Assembly (NCBI GenBank): GCA_001724265.1
Contig: MEDY01000441.1
Coordinates: 1-47,565, forward strand
Direction: 5' to 3'
DNA from: Rhizaria sp. SCN 62-66
Taxonomy: Eukaryota
DNA: 47,565 bases
Of the stretch, positions 1-9,714 are shown one piece after another. The notes under the pieces are model-generated. The model ran no database searches and was not told the origin of the DNA. It was given only the letters and a program-made list of their open reading frames with translations. A program made the translations under genes and the position numbers. Position 1 is the first letter of the stretch, and each line of letters starts with the position of its first letter.

Positions 1-610
1 CGATGGAATACTTCGCTCGTAGTGAAATAGAAAAGTGCGCACCAGGGCGCGAAAATCGCGGAAAACACGTTTTTCCATAAACCTCTACATCAGGGGTACT
101 TACAGCTGCTGCCTGTCCAGCGATGTATCCAAGAAATGATCCCCATGTGCTATTTTGTCTTCCAAAGAAAACGCGAATTTCCAATCGTAGATGACTGAGT
201 TTTATTGCAGAATTGTACGATACCTTGTGAATTTATATATTTGTAATTCCGCACCTTCGTAAAAGCATGTTGACACGTCGGAAAGACGCATGCTGTGAGT
301 TGCGAATCTGGTGTGAACATGGCGAGCCGCAACGATCATAACGCCTTCTCCAGCTCGCCAGATGCAATTTTTAACAATGTAGGCTGGCTATAATGCTGCC
401 TATGTTGGCGCCATTTATTTATTAAACTGGATTTCTCGTAAACGTGCTTCACAGTTTCATAGCCCATTGTACTGACAACTCTGACAGCCTGCAATAACGC
501 TCGTCTGTCGGTCACTGTTCTGTTGTCGTGTTCCTTGTTCACTCGCTCACTCACGCACTTACAATGCGCTCAATCTGCTACGTGGCGTGTGTTTTTCCCA
601 AGTAGGCTGC

Positions 611-2725
611 ATGTCGCGACTGTATCTCACCTACCTGTTCGCGAACGGCCTGCCCCTAGAAGAGGATAAAGCTTCAGATAGTCCCAAATGTGAGACCCCG
701 CGGCCGGTTGCTAGGTCTCCCAGCAACGTTGCTTCCAGTGGACCTTCCACGCCCACTGCCCAGCAGGCCTTATCGGATGAGTCCTGGGCGTCCTCGACGC
801 TGCTCAACGAGAGCCAGGAGTACACCACCATGGTGAAGGCGTTCGCAGGCGTCAAATGCGACGCTCACTACGTGTGTGGTGTGGCTTCAGAGAACAAGCT
901 GAAGGAATGCATCTACGAAGCGTGTGTGCGTCGCGTTGCAGAGCCCGACTCAGTTTCCGTGCTGCATCTGACGTGCCACGCTGATCCCGCGCGCCTGCAT
1001 CTCGAGTGCGGGACAGAGCACATGGTCACGAAGTACATGACGATGAAGGACCTTGACGACCTTCTGACAAACGAGTACAAGAGGGTCGCCTCAGATCCTA
1101 ACGTTTGCTTCAACGAAAAGGACCATCGGCCCCCGTTTGACCTCGTGGTGCTCATGTGCTGCAACGGCGTCGAGCACGCGAAGCCCTTCACACTGCGCAA
1201 CATGCCCGTCATCACGTCGGGCAACTGCACGATCGAAGACACTGTGGGTGTGACCTTCGCAAAGGCTCTTTACCAAAAGCTCTTTGTGTGGGACAAGCGC
1301 ACGCCGTCGCTGATGGATGCCTACAAGTTTGCGTGCTTGAGTGTTCGGGGCAAGGAAGGCACCGTCGCAGACTGCGCAAACCGTGCGCGCATGGAGCCAA
1401 ACACCTTTCTGTTCATCGAACCGTTGTCCAGCTGCGTATACGGCAAGTGCCATCGCACGGGTCCAACCCTCGGTGACACCATGCCCTCGCAGCGCCTCAA
1501 GTCTCACCGATCCAGCTTGTCGGTTGCCCTGAACCCGCCGTTCATGCCTGTGGCGAGCAGCGAGGTGCTGCTGGGGCGCGACCGCGAGCTGAGGCTACTG
1601 TGCTAGGTCTTCACAGAGTGCCTCGATCCGCGGCCGCAGCCGACCGTTGTGCGCGGACTGCGCCACGGTGGGAAGTCAACTTTTGTTGATGCTTTCTGCG
1701 CACGCTTGGGCATGCGTCATTTCTTCTGGCCCGTGGTACAACTTAAGGACAAGCTGCAGCGCTCTGTGGTGGAGCTCTTACAGAAGGGCGACATCATGGG
1801 AGCTTTCTTTGAGCACTTTCGCTACGAACTTTGCACTGCGTTGGACGTGGATCCTGATGACTGGGGCCCCTTTAACCTCAAAAAGGTTCTCACGCGCCCC
1901 AACTCGCTCAAGGAGTTCGCCCAACGCTCTGGCTACGATTTCCCACGCTGCAACGTCGACGAGTTTCTCCAGACGGTCTCGATTCGCTGGCTGCTTGTGG
2001 TGCCGCGCTGCGACGATATGCTCGATGCAATGTGCAACGCTTCGCGGAGCTCTCAACAGAGCCTGTCCGAGTCAGAGCTGAAGAAGGCGTGGATTCAGTG
2101 GGTAAACCAACTCGCTGACTTTGGGGTCGCGGTGTGTTTGGGCGCAACCCTCAAAGTCGGCGACATGAGTACGGCCGGCTTAGGTGAGACTTCGGATGAT
2201 TCCCTGTACAGTGGCTTCAAACAAGTCGCCGTGCAGCCGTTGGTGGAGCCTGCGATGCGCCAAATCGTCGGCCGGAAGTTCACTCTCAGTGTGCACAATC
2301 GGCCAGTCCTCGCCGCGGTCAAGGAGTACCTTGAAAAAGAGCAAATTATGCTTCAACAGCGACTGGCAGGACTTGCCGCTGCGGCCGTAGCATTTGCCAA
2401 GCACCTCAACAAGGGCTTCAGCTCGTACAATCTGAACAAGATCCAGGAGATCGATGACAAGACCGTCAAACAGGTTGTTGACCGCGCGCTTGAAGCCACG
2501 CAAGATGAGTTCAAGAAGCATATTAGCGAGTTCGAAGAGGTCGCCCAGACAATGGCACAGGAGTACGAGAACAGGCGCCAAGAACAAGCGATGCTCGCGA
2601 GGCGGAGGGCGCTGGAAGCAGCGGTGGTCGAGGGCAACGCAGGGGTTGAGGACTTGGAGACGGACGACAACCCAGAAGGACTGGTTGTACCCGCAGAAGA
2701 CCACAATACCGAGGAGGGGCAGTGA
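611..2725 (+). CDS. CHAT (caspase/HetF-like protease) domain fused to a STAND/AAA-like P-loop NTPase with a C-terminal coiled coil; 704 codons with one in-frame TAG at 1604-1606
   Basis: ORFs 587..1606 and 1649..2725 are in the same frame, separated only by TAG. First ATG is at 611 (MSRLYLTYLFANGLP). CHAT-type motifs: VLHLTCHA, LVVLMCCNG, FAKALYQKL. The sequence across the TAG reads LLGRDRELRLLC*VFTECLDPRPQPTVVRGLRHGGKSTFV, i.e. a 'GRxxEL' pre-P-loop motif plus Walker A GxxxxGKST. Ends in TGA. It could be a pseudogene if TAG is a true stop. Confidence 0.7.
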
Positions 2726-3199
2726 TGGAGTGGTGGTATTGTGTCTGTCATTGTGAGCTGCAGGCACAATCTGAAAGGTAATAGCGCGTTACATGTGTAT
2801 TAGTATAGTATTGCGACTGACAGTGACGCTCGTCCGATATGATAGCACTGCTGTAACATGGTCGGTGATATAACTGTAGTGGGATAAATTGATAAGCTTA
2901 GAGTGTATACAGAATCAATAAACTATGATAATTAGGTAACATCAGGCAGTGCATCCGTAAATACGACGCACAACAATAGATTGCGGTTGGAGTACTGCTC
3001 TTCTTTGAGGACTCAAGATGAGTTGTTATTGTGACCAGCAGCTAGATATCAAAAAGCCACATGAGTCAATCTCTCAACTTGCATTCTCAATTTAATGAAA
3101 GCGTGCAACTCGGTATTAAAATGGCATGGCACTGACATAACGCGTACAAGTGCATTAGTGAGTTAGTTCCTCGTGATCGCAAGCGCTGAGAACGCGCGC

Positions 3200-4093
3200 T
3201 CACGCAGATGAAAAGCTCTGCAAATACCCCTGTCCCCAACTACCGCCACCGCTGCTTTGCTCGCTACTGCCCTCGGCGCCGCCAGCACCATTGCCGTTGC
3301 CGTTGCCGTTGCCGCCGCGTGTGGCCGCCGCGACTTCAGCCGCGAGCGCCAGCGACTCCCCCGTCCCCGTAATATAGCCGCCGCCGTCGCCGTCGCCGTC
3401 GCCTGGGCCGCCGCCGCCGCAGAAGCAGGGGCAGAGGACGCGCAGCAGCCGCATCGCGAGCGCGCGACCAAAGGGGATGAACGAGAGCGAATACCAGAGC
3501 ATGGCGGCACACTGCACGAGCATGCAGAGGAGCACGGCGACGGCGGAGCGCAGCGCGAAGGCCGAGACGAGCGTGGCCGTGATGGCGAGCAGGTACACGA
3601 GGGTACACGTGGCCCGCGCGGGGGCGAACATGTCGCGCACCTGGGCCGCGGCGCCATGGAGAAACAGTGTAGAACACAGCGAGACAAGGTTACCAGCGGT
3701 GTAGAGCACTGCGAAGCGGGCGGGATCTGTGAAAACGTCGTCCAAAGCGGAGGCTGCTGAGAAAGACAGCAGCCAGCCGATGGCGAAACACAGCAGAAAG
3801 CCGATGAAGCGCTCTTTGCGGGTCAGAGCCAGGGCTTCGACGCACGATGCGGGCTCGCCGTCCTCGACCGCGAAGTCGCTAAGAAGGGTGTCGTCGAGGT
3901 CGGGGTCAAGGTCGTCGTCGCCACCGTGATTGTTGTGGGCGTTGCTGTTGCTGCTGCGCCAGCCGTTGATACTGCCGCTGTTTGAAGTGTTGCGGAGAGG
4001 AATGGGCGCGTAGTCGTTGTTGTTGTAGCCCATGTAGGACTGGAACTGCGCGACCTTGTCGGACGCAAACGCGTGCACGCTGCTGCTGCTCAT
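3200..4093 (-). CDS. SFT2: Vesicle transport protein, SFT2/Got1 family (4-TM), about 297 aa
   Basis: LTRKERFIGFLLCFAIGWLLSF...DPARFAVLYTAGNLVSLCSTLFLHGAAAQVRDMF...WYSLSFIPFGR is typical of SFT2D. ATG at 4093 in a GCC ATG context; TGA stop. The start is not certain. Confidence 0.88.
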   Translation of the reverse strand: MSSSSVHAFASDKVAQFQSYMGYNNNDYAPIPLRNTSNSGSINGWRSSNSNAHNNHGGDDDLDPDLDDTLLSDFAVEDGEPASCVEALALTRKERFIGFLLCFAIGWLLSFSAASALDDVFTDPARFAVLYTAGNLVSLCSTLFLHGAAAQVRDMFAPARATCTLVYLLAITATLVSAFALRSAVAVLLCMLVQCAAMLWYSLSFIPFGRALAMRLLRVLCPCFCGGGGPGDGDGDGGGYITGTGESLALAAEVAAATRGGNGNGNGNGAGGAEGSSEQSSGGGSWGQGYLQSFSSA

Positions 4094-4840
4094 GGCGCCG
4101 GAGTGGCTCACAGAAATGTCTGCGTCCAGGTTGAGCAACTTGTCGGTGTGGTGGTGGGACTGGAGTCACAGCCGGTCACAGTGTGGATGTATAATACAAT
4201 ACCGGTTGTATGCAAGTGTGCTACGGTGAAACCGGTGAAAAAGACCAAGGTTAAGAGCCAGCACAAGTCACTGGAAGCAGATAGCAAGTCCGAGAGCGAG
4301 AGAGCGCGAAGCTGTGCGGTGAGGGTCTATCAAGTTGACTGAGATTTGGGGCAGAGCAGTCAAAAAACAGTGTGAATTGAAATGCGCAATCCGTTGATGT
4401 GTGCAACAGATAGAAATCAAAATAAATGCACATTTTTGTACGCTGTGATAAAAACGAAATGCAATAATGAGCCAAGATCGTCGCGTGATCATCTGCGAAA
4501 GAGAGGCGCGAGCAAACTTAGAGCGATCGGCGTGGTTCGCAAAAAATGCGAAAATGATTTAGCAAAGGGAGACCAGTCTCGTTTCTCGAAAAGTCTTTGT
4601 GCTCCTGTATCTAGCTGTTTGTTGTTCTGGTATTCATGTAAGGCGAAATTGTCGTATGGGTCATTTTAAAATTGGTATGGACTCCCCGGTGACGTTCAGA
4701 TAGTAGCGATTTGACCTCTCCAAAGAGCCCTGCTCACCCACCATTCTCCTCTCTGCCCTCATTATTTTTGTTCTCCGTCCCTTTGCCCCCCTTGCCGCCG
4801 TTTTCCCTGTTGCCCACGTATTTTCCCAACTACAGTGGAA

Positions 4841-6790
4841 ATGAAGAAGGCCATCCTCTTCATCGCAGCTGCGCTGGTCGCCGCTGTGTGCGCTTCCGAG
4901 ATCGAGGCGCTGGGCATGTCGAACGTGCCCGACGTCCTGACTCTCCAGGCCAAGTTTGGCACGTTCGAGCAGGTAGTCCGCGCGCGCGCCACGCCCGACG
5001 TGCTCATGTGGCTCGACTCGGTGCCCAGCGCCTTCGACACGGCCAACGTCGCCTGGTCGCGCGCGATCCAGTGTACCAAGAACGTCGCCGACAACGCGGC
5101 CGTCAAGGTGTATGGCGCTGTCACCCACGCCCGCGCTGTGGCCAAGAACCTCATCGAGCGTTCCTCCGTCGCCCAGTTCCAGACGTTCTCCGACCCGAAG
5201 TTGCAGGCGCAGAACAAGCCCGTGGACCCTGCCGTGGTGAACAAGAACCTCGAGACGAAGCTGGGCAAGGCGCAGACTAAGGCCGTCGAGCTCTACAACA
5301 AGAAGCTCGCCCAGTGCTACGACTCGCAACGCGCGCTCACGTCGAGCGGCATCGCCCTCGCGGCCGATCGCCAGCGCGCGGACGTCTACCAGACGCCCGT
5401 GCCCGTCGCCGGCGACCACCCGTCCAAGGCGGCCGCCCCGCAGCTCGTCGGCGCGTTCAACTCGCTGCAGAAGGCCGCCGAGAAGATCCTCGCGTCCGCC
5501 GTGCACCACGCCGTCGGCGCGGCCCGCGGCGCCGTGCTGCCCGAGGCCACCCCGGCCGCGCTCGCGCTGTCCCACGGCAATATCTATGCCTCCACGCCCT
5601 CCGGCGCGGGCGCTGTGTTCTCCTCCTCCACCCCGGCCCCGGCCTCTGCCTATTGCGGCGCCAAGCGCACCTGCATGAACGGCGGCGTCTGCGCAGGCTC
5701 CATCTTCGACCTCTCGGGCCGCGGCCAGTGCGCGTGCCCGCCCGCGTGGACCGGCCCCTCGTGCACGCAAATGCGCGATGCCTGCGGTGCGCTCGGCGTG
5801 CAGTGCGTCAACGGCGGCGCTTGCGTCACCGAGCACGGCGCATGGCGCTGCGCCTGCCCCATGGGCTTCGGTGGCCTCTACTGCGAGGACAACTCCGCCG
5901 CCGCCGCCGCCACCGCCGCCGCCGAGGCCAAGAAGGCCGCCGCCGCCGCCGCGCAGTCCCCTGAGGACAAGCTCGCTGCGCTTCGCAACAAGCTGCTCGC
6001 CGCGGGTCTCCACACGGGCCACATCATGACGCCCAGCACTGGCATCCCGGTCCCCGTCGCGCTCCCCGCCGGCGCCGCCCCGCCGCCGTCGCCCCAGAGC
6101 ACCGTCGCCGCGGTCCAGTCGCGTGCCTTCGCCCACTCGCTGTCGAACCGCTTCCGCGCCTTCCACAAGGCCGCGCTCGCCGGCGGATACCCCATGATGC
6201 CCTCCGGCCCCGTCGCTCCCGTCATGCCCTACGGCGCGATGTCGCCCTATGGCGCTGCGCCCGCTATGCTGCCCGCCGGCGTGCCCGCGAACGCCGTGAT
6301 CATGAACCCCGCCGGCGCGGTCCCGCACCCGATGTTCGGCATGCCCGTGCCCGCCGTCGCGGCGCGCATGGTGCCCGCGGGCTCGCTGTCCAAGCCCGCC
6401 AACCCGGCCGACGCCAAGAAGGCCGCCGAGAAGGCCGCCGATGACGCCAAGAAGGCCGCTGAGAAGACCGCCACTGACGCCAAGAAGAAGGCCGAGGACG
6501 ATGCCGCCGCGGCCAAGAAGAAGGCTGACGAGGACGCCGCCGCCGCCAAGAAGAAGATCGACGACGAGGCCGCCGCCAAGAAGGCTGCCGCCGACGCCAC
6601 CGCCAAGAAGGCCGGCTCGTCGTTCGTCGAGATGGACGCCGCGTTCGAGATGGACCTCGACGCCTCCGCGGAGGAGTTCGGCCTCGGCGGCTTCATCGAG
6701 GCCGAGGCTGTCGGCGCTGGCGTTGTCGCCACCGCCCAACGCGCCCTCGAGGCCGCCCAGACCGAGGCCGAACCCCAGTACTACTACTAA
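4841..6790 (+). CDS. Secreted protein with a signal peptide, two EGF-like domains, a Pro/Met-rich region and AKKA(A)E/D charged repeats, 649 aa
   Basis: Signal peptide MKKAILFIAAALVAAVCA. EGF motifs CGAKRTCMNGGVC...CACPPAWTGPSC and CGALGVQCVNGGAC...CACPMGFGGLYCE. Strong GC3 codon bias; TAA stop. Confidence 0.85.
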   Translation: MKKAILFIAAALVAAVCASEIEALGMSNVPDVLTLQAKFGTFEQVVRARATPDVLMWLDSVPSAFDTANVAWSRAIQCTKNVADNAAVKVYGAVTHARAVAKNLIERSSVAQFQTFSDPKLQAQNKPVDPAVVNKNLETKLGKAQTKAVELYNKKLAQCYDSQRALTSSGIALAADRQRADVYQTPVPVAGDHPSKAAAPQLVGAFNSLQKAAEKILASAVHHAVGAARGAVLPEATPAALALSHGNIYASTPSGAGAVFSSSTPAPASAYCGAKRTCMNGGVCAGSIFDLSGRGQCACPPAWTGPSCTQMRDACGALGVQCVNGGACVTEHGAWRCACPMGFGGLYCEDNSAAAAATAAAEAKKAAAAAAQSPEDKLAALRNKLLAAGLHTGHIMTPSTGIPVPVALPAGAAPPPSPQSTVAAVQSRAFAHSLSNRFRAFHKAALAGGYPMMPSGPVAPVMPYGAMSPYGAAPAMLPAGVPANAVIMNPAGAVPHPMFGMPVPAVAARMVPAGSLSKPANPADAKKAAEKAADDAKKAAEKTATDAKKKAEDDAAAAKKKADEDAAAAKKKIDDEAAAKKAAADATAKKAGSSFVEMDAAFEMDLDASAEEFGLGGFIEAEAVGAGVVATAQRALEAAQTEAEPQYYY

Positions 6791-7578
6791 GTGCGCAGTC
6801 AGCGCCGGGCAGTACGAAGAGCGGCTAAGTGCTCAGAGAGTGTGACAACGCACGCAATGAGACTCTAAGTCTTTGTTTCTTTGCGTGTATGAGTGTACAT
6901 GTGTGTGATGTCAATGTCAGTGACCGTGGCTGTGTTGATTGCTGACTGGCAGTCTGACTTTCTCTTTGCTCTGCGTGTTCCGTTAAAGTCTCTGTCTATG
7001 TTTGCTTGTAGTCGTCTTTACGTGTGTTTTGTCTGTGTCTCGGTTGGTCTGGCTATAGGTCTGTCTTTACGACTATCTCCAGACCGCAAATACGATAGAA
7101 CACGTGCTATTTCAATGCTGTAACATGATGAGATGAACACGGAACGAGTTCGAGCTAAGTTGGCGTCCAGTTGACTCTTCTCTGCAGTCCCTTTTCACTG
7201 CAGCAACAATAATTCAATACAATTCGATTATAAAATTCTATATGATGTGTACGCTTTTGTTATTTATTCACCGGTTATTAATGAAGTATAACCTTGTGTT
7301 CGTACTGAGCTTTGTTCTTGTTTACGTATTCAATGTCTGGTTATGGGTTATATTTTAACTGCATCACCAAATGGCCCTGTTCGAGCTTGGCTGTGACCGA
7401 GACTCGAGTAAAGTCAGCTCAAACTGCCTTAAATACCTCAATCTCCTCGGTCCCTCTCTAACTCTCCTCACACCCTCATCTTCAGTCAAACTCGGACTCG
7501 GACTCGGACTCGGACTCGGCCGGAGTAGTGGAACCAGGGACCACGTGACTGTGGCTGGGGACTGCGACACTGCAGCTG

Positions 7579-9065
7579 TCACTGTGTCTGCGGAGCCTGC
7601 GACGCCTGCGCCTGCAGCCGCTGCGACTGCGTCTGCGTGTCCAACGCCGCCGCGGCCCTCTGCGCCGCCGCCCGCGCCGCCGCGGCGTCTTTATCGGCGC
7701 GCCGCCACAGATACGCCCGCAGTGTCTCCGGCATGACATCCCTCAGCGCAATGGCCGCGCGCACCGAGAGGCCCGCAGCGGGGTGGCACTCGGGCTCGCG
7801 CGCGCAGAAGGCCGCGAGGCACGCTTTGGCTACGGACATGGGAGACGCGCCCGTGGCGGTGTTGGCGTCCATCGTGCCGTACGCCCCGCCGTCCTAGATT
7901 TGGCGAGAAAGGTGTATTCATTCAATTAAACAATAGTATTATGTTAACTACTCGGTTATATAAATTATAGTTGAAAGTGAATCCTGAATATAACAATAGA
8001 CTGCCAAAATACACAAATATCTGGTTTTCGTCCCTTGCTAACTCACCAGACAGGAAGAGTAAGACGAAGACTGTGGTGGTGTAGTTGTGAAGCCAGCTGT
8101 GACGTACCTCAACAAGCGCGTTGCGCGAAAGATTGGTGGCCACGTACCCCGGGTTTGCGACCGTGAGCGAGACCGCGCGCTGCGCAAGCTCATACCGCAG
8201 TCCCTCGGCGTATCCGTGGCACGCGTGTTTAGACGCGCAGTACGCGCTCCGCAGCGGTAGCGCGAGCTTGGCCTGCACGGATGACACCCAGAGTACGCCG
8301 CTGCCGGGCCGCAGCGCCCCCGCGGCGGCGAGCGCGCGCGTGAGGGCCACGGGGGCCCACAGATTCAAGGCCATCACACGCTTCTCCATCGCCAAATTAG
8401 ACTGGAGCGCATGGGCGCGGACGGAGACGCCCGCACAGTGAATCACGCAGTGAATCTCCGGCGTCGGGGGCGCGGGCGTCGGGAAACGGGGGGTCAATGG
8501 GATGTTATTCCCAGCCCTCTTGTCGTTGATGATGTTCTGAGCTGCCACTGAAGGGGCGATTGCAGCGAGCGCGGCGGCGACGGCGGCGGCGGCGGTGGCG
8601 TCGCTCTCGGCCGCCTCGACCAGGTCCAGTGCGAGCGGGATGACCTCCCCGGGGTACCCCGCGTCGCGGCAGCGCGCGGCGAGCGCTGTGAGGGCGTCGG
8701 CGGAGCGCGCGGTGGCGATGACGCGCGCGCCGGACATGGCGCAGAGCTCGGCGAGAGCCGCGCCGATGCCGCTGCTCGCGCCAGTCACCCATATCGTCGA
8801 ACGAGGCAGGGAAAAACTACTGAAGGCGGGATCAAAGCAATAAAGAGTGAGAAATGTAAGGCTTGAGAAGCCTGTCTCAGCCTCGAGACTTGCGCGGAGA
8901 AATTAAGAGAGAGATCGAGCTCGAGTTGAAGTAGGAAACGTACGACTGAGAAAAGGTGGTGCGGGCGTAGCGGCAGTAGGCATTGTGTTTGTAGCGCACG
9001 ATGACGACAGTGACGACTGCGGCGGCCGCGACGCAGAGCGACGTGACCAGGCCCGAGACAAGCAT
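7579..9065 (-). CDS. DHRS7B: Short-chain dehydrogenase/reductase, DHRS7/DHRS7B-like; 3 exons, complement(7579..7893, 8108..8819, 8944..9065), 382 aa
   Basis: N-terminal TM anchor, IWVTGASSGIG Rossmann motif, catalytic YCASK, PGYVATNLSRNAL and DGGAYGTMD. Introns 8820-8943 and 7894-8107 both start GTACGT and end YAG with consistent phase. TGA stop. Confidence 0.85.
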
Positions 9066-9714
9066 GGCAGCAAAACGGGCTAATAATGGTTTAAAAAAAC
9101 ACCAAGGAGAAGCAAGAACAAAGTGGTAACACAGCCGTGAAGCACGAGGAAAGATGTTAACCAGTGGCAAGTGAAGCCGAACGAGCAACGGCGTTCGTGG
9201 TGAGGAAGACACTCTGTGGATATACCACTCTTTCTTGGCAGGTTTGGCCACGAAAAGAGTGGAATTGAGCATAAATTTAGCACTATTTGACTAAAATGTG
9301 TGTTGACATCACCTCTCAGGCTCTCAGCATGTCACACACTCTACCTCGAAGCTGGGCCCGGTTGGGGCACCAAGACTGACAGGCTCATCAAGTGAAAAGA
9401 CTCACCGTGGACGCCACAGGATAAATTATGGTGTATAATTGAACGCAATTTGTTTTAATTGCATTTCGTATATGATACCAAAAGGCTCTGTCTCCTGACG
9501 GACGCTGTCGTGTGCTTTCATTATGTTCCTACTTCTGGCGCCCAACCTCATCTCTTTCTCCTTGATCAGCCACACACTGCGTTCACTCCCTTGCACACTG
9601 GCATCTCAATCCCACGCATATTATACTTCACTTCGCCTGTAGTACTTTCCTTATCCAGTTGTTTTATCTCCAGCAGAACATCACAGCGCTCTCTCTCGCG
9701 GTTATATCACCTAC

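Noticed and set aside
150-554. Two same-frame minus-strand ORFs (336..554, 150..332) separated by TGA
   Set aside because: AT-rich, no codon bias or motif, and no selenoprotein-like context; cannot be supported as a gene.
1565-1606. 42-nt in-frame intron (GTGCTG...TGCTAG) that would remove the first TAG
   Set aside because: The donor does not match the GTACGT consensus, and splicing would delete the conserved GRDREL motif.
6410-6610. Periodic GCCAAGAAG repeats resembling a repeat-spacer array
   Set aside because: They are coding repeats (AKKA) inside the secreted protein, not CRISPR.
4661-6739. 692-aa antisense ORF over the EGF gene; similar long shadow ORFs at 42030..44279(+), 39492..41174(-) and 23881..25458(+)
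   Set aside because: These are expected by-products of high GC3 codon bias opposite real genes and have no recognisable domains.
7491-7519. (CTCGGA)n hexamer repeat
   Set aside because: A short microsatellite downstream of the SDR stop; not telomeric or CRISPR-like.
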